Translations under genes and position numbers: made by a program
The notes under the pieces: model-generated
Database searches by the model: none
Seen by the model: the letters and a program-made list of their open reading frames with translations, nothing else
What the model was told of the DNA's origin: nothing
Origin: Octopus sinensis
Lineage: Eukaryota
Direction of reading: 5' to 3'
NCBI RefSeq assembly: GCF_006345805.1
Contig: NW_021823727.1
Coordinates: 1-21,537 of the forward strand
Length of the DNA stretch: 21,537 nt
Part shown: positions 11,970-21,537 of the stretch, in pieces
How positions within the stretch are numbered: the stretch's first letter is position 1
Layout: the number at the start of each line of letters is the position of its first letter

Positions 11970-12525
11970 CACTACTTTCTACCAAAACCGCTCTCAAGGC
12001 TTTGGTCACCACGAGGCTGTTGAAAAAGGCATTTTCCCAAAGTGTCGAGCAGAGTCCCAGTTAGTCTCCATCTCTACTAAATACCTCCTCATATGATGTG
12101 GCTATGTGATCGACCAACACGACACAGAAGGGTCCTTAGTATAAAAGAACATGGCAAGCAGGGTCTAAACCGAGCAACTTGACCAAATAGTCGCCTGAAT
12201 CATGCAGGTGACGGGATGCACCCCACTTTCTTTGTAGAGCCGTTGGTTGGATACAAATCTGACCAACGGTAACTCATAATCTTACGAAGTGTTCTTGTAC
12301 CAAATGAGATCAGGTAGCTTCTAAGGACCGGACAGTTCTCAAGTCTTGCAACTATAGACCAGAGATTTAAAGATCCGTATTTGTACCTTCTTGTCAAACA
12401 CACTTGTAAAATGAAACCACAACTACATCAGCTCGTCCTAGTCTTTGTATGAATTCAGACTCGCAGATAATGCCACTATGAACCTCACTGCCAAGGTAAG
12501 TGAAAATGTTGAATAACTTCAATCC
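11970..12525 (-). mobile_element. RTE-clade LINE remnant: RT C-terminal region and 3' end
   Basis: Across frameshifts: IEVI..FTYLGSEVH..QRLGRA..KVQIRIFKSLVYSCKT*..FGTRTLRKIMSYRWSD..FVSNQRLYKESGVHPVTCMIQ..RLFGQVARF..DPA, matching the RTE pattern FTYLGS / KIRIFKSLVLPVLLYGCETW / RLRWFGHVAR. Confidence 0.85.
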
Positions 12526-12844
12526 AGATGAATGAAAAACAATTTAATTCGCTGCTACATGCAGAGAGACATCCAAAGATTATAAAGAAAGCAGCTTAAT
12601 CGACAAGACCGACTCAAGAATAACACAGTAACTTGTTTAATTGAATCGATAATTATTGGATTTAAAATTGACATAAAAAAACTATAAAAATAAAATGTCT
12701 TTTGTTGCTATTGGCGTATTTCTTGCATGGCACCACCTCCGTATCGCTCGACGTGTCCTATGGTGCTCAAGTAGTTGAATGGTTTCAACTGATCAAATTA
12801 AGTTAGAAAATCTCTGAGATGAAAGTAGTAACTATACTGAGAAA

Positions 12845-12852
12845 TATATACA

Positions 12853-12888
<36 letters not shown>

Positions 12889-12912
12889 CATATATGTGTG
12901 TGTGTGTGTATG

Positions 12913-13009
<97 letters not shown>

Positions 13010-13010
13010 G
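12845..13010. repeat. Compound (CATA)/(TG)/(TA) microsatellite
   Basis: Directly visible. Confidence 0.95.
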
Positions 13011-13312
13011 TGTATCATCTATAGGGTTATATATTTATATATGTGAGTATGTGTATGTATGTTTGTGTTATACGCAGTTAAGCGACAAAAAAATATTGTT
13101 GAGAAGGAATAACATTAGTCCAAGCTTTGTCTGCATGAATAGCTGCTCGATATTTCTTATTCTCAGTTTTCAGGAGACTAATAATGTTATTTTAATAATT
13201 TCTTACATAACTATTGGTTGAATCTGGTCAGGTGACATTGAAAACAACTTTAGCAGAATTACTCGATGTACAAGCGGGCAAATGATAATATGGAATAAAT
13301 AAATGAATAATG

Positions 13313-13315
13313 ATA

Positions 13316-13356
<41 letters not shown>

Positions 13357-13388
13357 TAATAATAATAATAATAATACATAAATAATAA
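13313..13388. repeat. (AAT)n microsatellite
   Basis: Directly visible. Confidence 0.95.
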
Positions 13389-13666
13389 ATATGTATATGA
13401 AATTAAAGTAAAAAGGTTTTAGAAATTTCAAAGAATTTGTACAGATTTCTATAGAATGCCAGCTCTTGATAGGGCGGATCTTATTGAAATATCGATTTGA
13501 ACTCGTAGTGAACTTACGAACGACAATTTGATTTTGGAAAACAAACATATAAAGAATTGAATTTGATAATGGAATTTGAACTTAAAAAGTTCTTTCAGTA
13601 CTGTAAAATAGCGCAAATATTATAATTTGATTTTTCTAATTTTATGAAGGATAGGCCGTTCGCAAA

Positions 13667-13710
13667 CACACGTAGACGTGCCCACACACACGTAGACGTG
13701 CCCACACACA
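13667..13710. repeat. 20-bp tandem duplication (cacacgtagacgtgcccaca x2)
   Basis: Two exact adjacent units. Confidence 0.85.
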
Positions 13711-13792
13711 TGTACACGGACATTCAAGCACACGCGCCCGTATATATTATATATATATATATATATTATATATATATATTATATATATATAT

Positions 13793-14110
13793 AATTAAAT
13801 AATAAGGGTAGAAATTGATATTAATCAATTAAAACCAATGGCTTAGCATATTTAAAAAATTGTGTTACATACAAAATTTAATATATATATATATATAAAC
13901 AATTCATAAATAAGGGCAAACGAAAAAATTTCTAATGCCAAATATGCCGAAAAATTGGACAAATTGTCCATTAACCATATACTTTTTTCACAATACGCAC
14001 GCTACTCGAAAAAAAGTCGACAGAAATTTCTAAAAAATTCCATTATTACCATATCGGACCGATTTCAGGGTTAGCTCATAACAGCTCTCCCTTCGTCAGT
14101 GATACATGTG
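13793..14110 (-). mobile_element. Probable PLE terminal-repeat fragment ending at (TA)n
   Basis: Hammerhead motif at 14052-14104 on the minus strand, followed by AT-rich sequence ending in the (TA)n tract at about 13740-13792. Confidence 0.5.
14052..14104 (-). ncRNA. Type I hammerhead ribozyme motif with extended stem II
   Basis: Minus strand: tatca-CTGACGA-AGGG-ag-AGCT-gttatg-AGCT-aa-CCCT-GAA-ATCGGT-C-cgata. The core is intact with a GUC site; stem I tatc/gata has an A-C mismatch next to the core. Confidence 0.75.
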
Positions 14111-14581
14111 ACAAAAGAAATAAATGTGATACTTACTCATACCCATGGAAGAAGCAAACGCTATCCTTCATAAAATTTTATCCTACATTAGATATATATA
14201 TGCGTATGTAATTTGCAAAAGTTTACTTTCTACTACCAGCAAGAAGGGCAAAAACTAACATAAAAACATCGCTACGTCTGCAAGAAATATTACTATATAT
14301 GAAATTAGTTACTATAGGATAACAAGCAATATCGAAGGCTGTAAGTTTCCTGAAGGAGATAAAGGAGGTAGAAACGTTCACAGTTGTCTGTCCCTCCTTC
14401 TCGGACGAGGAATAATGTTAGCTAACGGTAATATAGCGTATTAAAAACTACTCTGGATATTTCTTTAAATATTGCAAGTAATCAAACTTATCTATACTAT
14501 ATACATATGTATACATTAATAAATTTATTGTATGTGGTGATTGACGATTTAAAGTCTATTTCTCAGCATATTTATAATTGT

Positions 14582-14665
14582 GAAGACAGGAAACAATTGT
14601 AGTGGCGGTTTATTTAATGAGTCTTTCCTTGTTTGATTTTAAAATAGTGGTTTTGTCTCGAATTA

Positions 14666-14708
<43 letters not shown>

Positions 14709-14922
14709 AGGCTAAAATTAATTAATTATTAATTAATTTTACCAAGTAGTGTTCAGTATGTAAAAAGACCATTTACGGTATATTTAAAACATTACGTTAG
14801 AATGTCAGTAGAAGACAGGAAACAATTGTAGTGGCGGTTTATTTAATTTATATTAAAATTTTATGTATTGATTAAGTCTTTCCTTGTTTGATTTTAAAAT
14901 AGTGGTTTTGTCTCGAATTTAC

Positions 14923-14980
<58 letters not shown>

Positions 14981-15067
14981 CTAAAATTAATTAATTATTA
15001 ATTAATTTTACCAGGTAGTGTTCAGTATGTAAAAAGACCATTTACGGTATATTTAAAACTTACGTTA
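14582..15067. repeat. Tandem duplication: copy 1 14582-14799, copy 2 14811-15067
   Basis: Both units run gaagacaggaaacaattgtagtggcgg..gtcttt..(TA)n..aaggctaaaattaattaattattaattaattttacc..ttacgtta. Copy 2 has about 28 bp extra and a longer TA run. Confidence 0.92.
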
Positions 15068-15481
15068 TATAATTAGGGTTCAGTAAAATAATTTACTTTA
15101 CCACACACCGAACTTTTAGAAATAGCAGCTAAAAAATCTTAGCTATTTCACTACTATAAGAAAAGTCTCCCAGACAATGTATACTCAAAAATAATTCACG
15201 CAGGTATAGAGGGAAAAATAACGAAAGATCACACGTACATCGATTACTTGAGAACGTCGTTGATCTCTATATCCAACTAATCCAGAAACGGCGTTCTCAA
15301 GTAATCGATGTACGTGTGATCTTTCGTTATTTTTCCATCTATACCTGCGCGAATTATTTTTGAGTATACATTGTCTGGGAGACTTTTCTTATAGTAGTGA
15401 AATAGCTAAGATTTTTTGGCTGCTACTTCTAAAAGTTCGGTGTGTGGTAAAGTAAATTATTTTACTGAACCCTAATTATAT

Positions 15482-15484
<3 letters not shown>
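15064..15484. repeat. Near-perfect fold-back palindrome: 198-bp arms (15064-15261, 15287-15484), 25-nt loop
   Basis: Base-by-base comparison gives 5 mismatches and no indels; followed by (TA)n(GA)n. Confidence 0.97.
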
Positions 15485-15540
<56 letters not shown>

Positions 15541-15545
<5 letters not shown>

Positions 15546-15754
15546 GTTAGATAAAGTGATAGATAAACAAAATGAAAACAAAACAACAAAGTCAAAAGAA
15601 TGTACACAATGAATATATTAGGCTAAAATGGAAAACAGAGAAAGTGTAACGTTTCGAGCATGGCTCTTCGTCAGACAGAGAAGAGAGAGAGAGAGAGGAA
15701 AGTTCGGAAGTGAAGGGAAAACAGTCTAAGTGCGCGCTCGTGTGTATCGTAACC
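15541..15754 (-). mobile_element. PLE-type terminal-repeat fragment with hammerhead
   Basis: Flanked by microsatellites, contains an intact hammerhead, and has a pyrimidine-rich minus strand like the other pLTR-like pieces. Confidence 0.55.
15645..15677 (-). ncRNA. Minimal Type I hammerhead ribozyme motif with canonical core
   Basis: Minus strand: tgt-CTGACGA-a-GAGC-cat-GCTC-GAA-ACGT-T-aca. All core nucleotides are present; palindromic ACGT stem III; 3-bp stem I; GUU site at 15648. Confidence 0.8.
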
Positions 15755-15816
15755 TATATGTATGTGTATTTATAAGTATATTTATATTTATAAATTTCGT
15801 ATATATATATTTATAA

Positions 15817-15863
<47 letters not shown>

Positions 15864-16348
15864 CATGTATGCATGTATGCATGTATGTATGTATGTATGT
15901 ATGCATGTATGTATGTATGTGTGTATGTGTGTGTCTGTATGTATATATGTCTGGATGGATGGGTGGATGGAGGGATCAAAGCAGTTTGATTAAAGTTCGT
16001 TGGTACTCTTGAGTTTTAAGCGTGATGCTAGTCGTCAGCCATTTTGTATTTGAATCATAATTTCTTATGTTGTTGTTGCTGTTATATTTTCTTCATTATA
16101 CGTGGGTTGTTTGTTTTCCTTCGATCTTTCCTCGTATTTCAACGCTTCTTGGCGGCGAAGTTGATGGTGGGGTAGGTGTTTCTTTGAATCATATTTTACC
16201 CACACCCACTGTTGTGCTTTTTGAATTCCACTCAACTCAGAGTTGACTAGCTCCTTGAAAAAGAATTTAAAAGATTATAAAACAAAATAAAATAAAACAA
16301 ACATGCTTTGGATTAGAGAAGATAGTTTTTTTATTAATATTAGTTTTA

Positions 16349-16542
16349 AGGCCGGAGCTAGCTGAATCGTTAGCGCAGCGGTCAAAATGCTTCCCAGTAT
16401 TGTGTCTGTCTTTACATTCTGAGCTCAAATTCCGCTGTCGTTGATTAAAAAAGTACTAAGTGAGCGAACATTAGGGATCAAGATAATCAATAATTCCCCT
16501 TTTCGAAAATTGCAGGCTTTGTGCCTATAGTAGAAAGTATTA
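16349..16542 (+). mobile_element. tRNA-derived SINE, same family as 8972-9150, with internal deletion
   Basis: Head gagctagctgaatcgttagcgcagcggtcaaaatg aligns with gccagaatcctttgagcagtgggcaaaat; B-box-like gctcaaattcc; tail gcaggctttgtgcctatagtagaaag. The gcctttcatcc block seen in the 8972 copy is missing. Confidence 0.7.
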
Positions 16543-17659
16543 GTTTTCTTTATTTATTCAATTATTTATTTTCCTTACAAATAATTGTGATGGGACTTAT
16601 TTTCTGCTCTTTAATAAGACATGACTGTTCTCATTCCTCCTCCCCCAACCATTATCATATCCGCACAAAACTCATATCAAACACTCGTATGCACTTATAC
16701 GATCTGTCTACATACAGACTGATACAAGGACAAGGGTACAAACACGTACATGCATACACCTACAGACATATGCACACGCACGCATGCGCGCGCACACACA
16801 CATACACAAATATTCTTGCAAAATGTCATATATGTGTGTATTCCATATATATGACTGTGTACGCGTTCACAACAGGAATCTGAATTGAAGAATCTTTGGA
16901 GCGTTTCACAAATTTAATAAAGATGGCTAATAAATTGCATTTCGAAGATGCTAAGTTGTTTCTGGGAGGAACCCAGATTTTCTTGGATTTTATGAAAATC
17001 TTTTGTATACCTATGATATTAGGAACGAATAAAAATTTATTGTCTGAATATAAGAGCTGTAATGTTCCAATTAGTTCTCCATAGCTGTATGTTTGAATGT
17101 ATTTGTTTGTAATGTTCGTTCTTTCATAAACTTGATCACAATGACATCAATCCTAGATTTGATGATGCAGACGAGTCTGGTACGTACAAGGTCCATTCGA
17201 AGCTTTGTATTTTCGGGTTACGTCTCAGTGTACTGCATGTTGGGCAATTGTGTTTCACTATAGCTTTCAATCAAATAAAGCTCGGTAAGTGGAAGTTGAT
17301 AACCAGACACCTTACGAAAGTCTTTCAATATAGCTTTACTTCTTCTTTGGTGATAGCCTTTCTGAATCACCCAGCTTAACGATGCCACTAAATCCTTGGA
17401 GTTCACTCTATCCTAAGTATTTAGGTCTATTTGCTATCTCAAGTTAACTTCCCCTGTCTCTTCCAGCTTTCTCGTACGTCGTGAAACTCGCAGGCGTATC
17501 TTCAACGTCTCAAAATCTTTTTGCTATATGTTTTCCTTCTCTTTCACAGAGGAAATTTCTCGAAACTTCAGATTCTCTTCCGTTTTTTTTTTCCTTTGGT
17601 GTATTCTGCTTCATTATAAACATTTCTTCGTCCTATACGTTTTACTCCGCTTTATATTT

Positions 17660-17935
17660 TTAAATCCTTCAGGTACTGCTTTCCCCTGTCTGATTCAATA
17701 TGGAAGGTTTTGTTTGTTTTCTCTTTGCCTCTCACACGTACTGTTTGTGGAATTTTCCTTCTCTGGACGTTTCCCTTTTCCTTTCTGACGAAGAGTTATG
17801 CTCAAAAAGTTAAAAGCCCACATTTTTTTCCACCTTTACCGAGCGTCAATCCTATGTATTCCACGTGTACGTCCTCTTGTTTTGTTATTGTTATTTTTAA
17901 TGTTCGATTTTTAAAGTTCAACTTTTAATATTCGA
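17660..17935 (+). mobile_element. PLE-type terminal-repeat fragment with a dead hammerhead (17781-17816)
   Basis: cttt-CTGACGA-a-GAG-ttatg-CTC-AAAAAGT-T-aaaag (GAAACGT mutated), followed by the same pyrimidine tract, GAGCG and ttccacgtg as 10578-10779. Start coordinate approximate. Confidence 0.6.
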
Positions 17936-17945
17936 TTTGACTTGA

Positions 17946-17974
17946 TATAGATAGATAGATAGATAGATAGATAC

Positions 17975-18047
<73 letters not shown>

Positions 18048-18096
18048 CAGACAGACTGACATATAGATATACAGATATATAGGTAGATAGATAGAT
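17946..18096. repeat. (GATA)n microsatellite
   Basis: Directly visible. Confidence 0.95.
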
Positions 18097-18626
18097 ATTC
18101 AATCGCTCAGAACATTGGGCACTCGAGCGCATACACTATACCAACATCTTCAGCTCTAAACGAACCCATTCATTGCCAATACAGTATAGGCATCATATGC
18201 GAAATACTATTATTATGCGAAAGCACCAAAAGCCTGCTAGCTTTAAACTCTAATTAGACGAGTTCAGATTTTATACTTTTGTGTATGTACAAAAAGTAAG
18301 GATCAGTTCAAAATGCTGAAGCGATTGTGTCTCTTAATGCCCAGCAGCTAGCAACATATCAAATAAGAATTTTTAATACCGGTTAAAGATTACAAGTTCA
18401 CTTGTTTCTACCTGGGGCGCTACGATTATTAAAGCTGTATGTGACTTATATGAAATAAAGGGCTTATTTATGTGTAAATAAATAGTGATTAGACATTATT
18501 CTAAACGATTTCCTGTTTCCGCCATTTTCTTTTCAATCTGTATCTCTATGAAAACACACACACACACACTCACATACACATTCACACAAAAGAGCGGGAG
18601 ATTGATAAAGACACATCACACGTGTT

Positions 18627-18666
<40 letters not shown>

Positions 18667-18992
18667 CACATTCACACGTATGTATGCATATACATACATA
18701 TATATATATATGTGCGTGTATACTTATCAGTATGTATGTATGTATGTATGTATGTATGTATATCCGTGTGTATGTGTTTGTGTGCGTGTGTGAGTGTGTT
18801 GTGTGCGAGTGTATGTCCGATGAAAGCTAAGTAGGCCGAAACTTCGAAGCCACTGTGAATACTACTCTTGTTAAATATTAATAGATATGTACTCTGCAAA
18901 AAGTTTGCCTTTTCCCCCACCCGACTTTATCTTTAGGTAGAAAATTCAGGCCTTAATAAATATTCATTGTCTAGATAACCAGAGACACAGAA

Positions 18993-19140
18993 ACATTTTT
19001 TATTAGACATTCAATGAAAGTTTCCAACAGCTGCTACCCCAACATAAACAGTACTCTCACTGGTTGGTTACACCAAGCCTCCACTCCAAATTGTAACTGC
19101 CGAGTCCCAGAAACGTGCCCACTCGACCAGGCATGCATGA
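18993..19140 (+). pseudogene. PLE ORF fragment: RT thumb / RT-endonuclease linker with Cys cluster
   Basis: TFFIRHSMKVSNSCYPNINSTLTG..CNCRVPETCPLDQAC matches the PLE pattern KVSYSCxPN..CNCRxxxxCPLxxxC. Confidence 0.7.
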
Positions 19141-19163
19141 TTATACCAGTGATTGTTTCGCTA

Positions 19164-19310
19164 GTGGCCTTATGGTTACAGCATAGGTTTCACGATCCCA
19201 AGTTAAAAGATTCGAACCCCGAGCCTTGTGAAACGTTCTGTTCTCTGAACAAGGCCCTTCATTTGACGTTGCTTCAATGTACCCTGTTGAAAATACGAGT
19301 AGGGTATGGG
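19164..19310 (+). mobile_element. tRNA-derived SINE (third family)
   Basis: A-box tggccttatgg (19165-19175), B-box gattcgaaccc (19209-19219), then tgttctctgaacaaggcccttcatttgacgttgct. End approximate. Confidence 0.6.
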
Positions 19311-19857
19311 TGCTGCCTTTTTAGCCACTAGTAGACATATCTTCGAGATTTTCGGCTGGTTCAAAGGTGAGAGGGTCGAAACTACATATCTACCAGTGAC
19401 TACAAAGTTATATAAAACAATTAGTGTAAATATGGTGCATACTACCAAATCACACGCGCTTTCGTGTAACAGAAAACACACGCATATATTAGTGTTCAAA
19501 TAGTTACCATCCCAAAACAATGAAAAAGAATAACAACTCAAAATTGAATCTTAATAGCTATATTTGTGGATAGGTTTGGGGACTGAAAGAGAAGAAACGA
19601 ATACAAAATGCGAGGGAAAAATTAATATAATACCATATTCTACTATTTCTACTAGCCAACAGCCTTCAGATGGCTGAAAAAATAATTGAAAGGGAGGAAT
19701 GTTTCAAGAAGGAAAGTTTAATTTTTGCCCCTATCATTATAAAGAAAGGAAATGATTTTATGGTAAAAATCCCGAGCTTCTTTCAGAAATGTTGACCCTG
19801 ACTCTTACTATAGCTGGTATGACCTGAAGGTTCTTCATTAGATTGACAAGCATTACT

Positions 19858-19859
<2 letters not shown>

Positions 19860-19916
<57 letters not shown>

Positions 19917-19930
19917 CATCATTATTATTG

Positions 19931-19998
<68 letters not shown>
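19860..19998. repeat. (ATT)n microsatellite
   Basis: Directly visible. Confidence 0.97.
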
Positions 19999-20211
19999 GT
20001 TATATTCAGTATGCATTCCAAGCATTTTAGTCGGTAACAATGCTCCGTCTTTTGTAGTTTGTTGTGGCTTTTATTAATTTTTAATTTAAAAGATGTTTTT
20101 TTCTTTTTTTGTTCCATTTTCTCGTTGCCGTATTTGTCCTTTCATCTTTTCCTCTTTCTGCATTTCCTTTTGTTTTTCTCATCTTTCTTCTTCTTCTAAG
20201 TTGTTTCTTCT

Positions 20212-20286
20212 TTTCCTCCTCCTCCTCCACCTCCTGCTTCTTCTTCTTCTTCTTCTTCTTCTTCTTCTTCTTCTTCTTCTTCTTCT
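20212..20286. repeat. (CCT)n-(CTT)n microsatellite
   Basis: Directly visible. Confidence 0.95.
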
Positions 20287-20433
20287 GACTACTTTCACCT
20301 CACTTCCTCCTTTTCTTCGTCTTTTATTCACTCATGCTGTAACTGGGAGCGTGATGCTACCAGTGTCAATGTTCTTGTAAGATTAAATTTTATTGTTGCC
20401 GCTTATAATAATGATGATGATGATAATGTGCAC

Positions 20434-20650
<217 letters not shown>

Positions 20651-21350
20651 ATTATGGTTGAAATTGTGGTAGTGGTGTTGTCACCTGGTAGTGGAAGTTG
20701 TGACGTCACTTGTTTTCGTGGCCATTATTACAGATGAGCTGCTTTTTGTGGTCGTTTCGTTGTCGATGTCGTTGTCGTTGTGATCTTGGTAGTTGTTGTT
20801 ATTGTTTTTTTTTCTTGTAAGTTCCTGTCTCTGTCAAATTAGCGACGACAACCTGCTAAGGTGTTTCTTTAAGTTTGTGCCATTGTTGAACTGATAACAA
20901 AGCCTATATACATTTCTACACTAGTGACCGCTCCTAAGCAAAGTTGAATATGATTGTTGAATGAGTAATTGTCCCCCTAGCTCGGTAATTAATACGTATG
21001 AACCGTACGGTCGGATGTACATAGGCTTATATATGCATGGTCTTCTAAATATTTATTTCCATTTTGTTTAACAGAATTAGAGCTGGTCACTGACTAAGTT
21101 AGCGGAAAGATTCCTTCTGGTAAACTAGGAAAACAATTAAGTTCAATTGCAAGTTGAGCCGATGAAAAGATTTCACGTAATTTAACAATAAGGAGGACAG
21201 TTGCTAGTTTTAAAATCATACGTGTAAGAAAAAAAATAAGTAAATAACAACTGCAATAGATGTAACCAAGTTAACTGCATCTCTCAACATTATATAAAAG
21301 AGAGTTATCACATTGTTTAATGACACTGTCTACGTCTGTACGCACATTTT

Positions 21351-21355
21351 TACAC

Positions 21356-21394
<39 letters not shown>

Positions 21395-21500
21395 CACACA
21401 CACAACACACACACAGACAGACACACACAGACACACAGACACACACACAAACACACACAGACATACACACACATGTAACGTATATACATATATATATATA
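21351..21500. repeat. (CA)n / (CAGA) compound microsatellite
   Basis: Directly visible. Confidence 0.95.
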
Positions 21501-21537
21501 TCACGTGACCACGTGACCGACCAGGCCACCAGATGTT

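Noticed and set aside
12490-12501. Strong splice donor ccaag|gtaagt
   Set aside because: It is the antisense of the LINE FTYLG codons, so it is explained by the RTE remnant.
16896-17406. Two short non-repetitive ORFs (16896-17084 on +, 17218-17406 on -)
   Set aside because: No recognisable motif or reliable splice signals.
17540-17575. acagaggaaatttctcgaaacttcag as a second hammerhead about 240 nt upstream of 17781
   Set aside because: Only ctcgaaac matches; the core and stems are not recoverable.
19164-19240. Functional tRNA gene
   Set aside because: A and B boxes are present but no complete cloverleaf forms, and it continues into a SINE-like body.
20701-20708. Perfect CRE palindrome TGACGTCA
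   Set aside because: A single 8-mer with no promoter context; plausible by chance in 21 kb.
21501-21537. Tandem CACGTGAC (two E-boxes)
   Set aside because: Truncated by the window end and probably the terminus of a dispersed repeat abutting (TA)n; it cannot be called regulatory.

Overview
AT-rich, microsatellite-dense eukaryotic non-coding DNA (intronic or intergenic). The repeat families look like those of a coleoid cephalopod (Octopus-like); this is an inference from recalled repeats and has not been searched. No intact host protein-coding gene can be supported: nearly all ORFs in the track are microsatellite translations. The window holds decayed mobile elements: a Tc1/mariner transposase remnant (1396-2000), an RTE-type LINE remnant (11970-12525), several tRNA-derived SINEs, and many Penelope-like element (PLE) pieces. 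The strongest signals are: (i) at least six minimal Type I hammerhead-ribozyme motifs with self-complementary stem III, one with a fully canonical core (15645-15677); (ii) a PLE GIY-YIG endonuclease split into two halves on opposite strands, in the geometry of a twin-priming 5' inversion (11630-11965); (iii) four long inverted repeats, including a 421-bp fold-back with 198-bp arms and only 5 mismatches (15064-15484); (iv) a GAGCG motif recurring downstream of the ribozymes that is complementary to their stem II.
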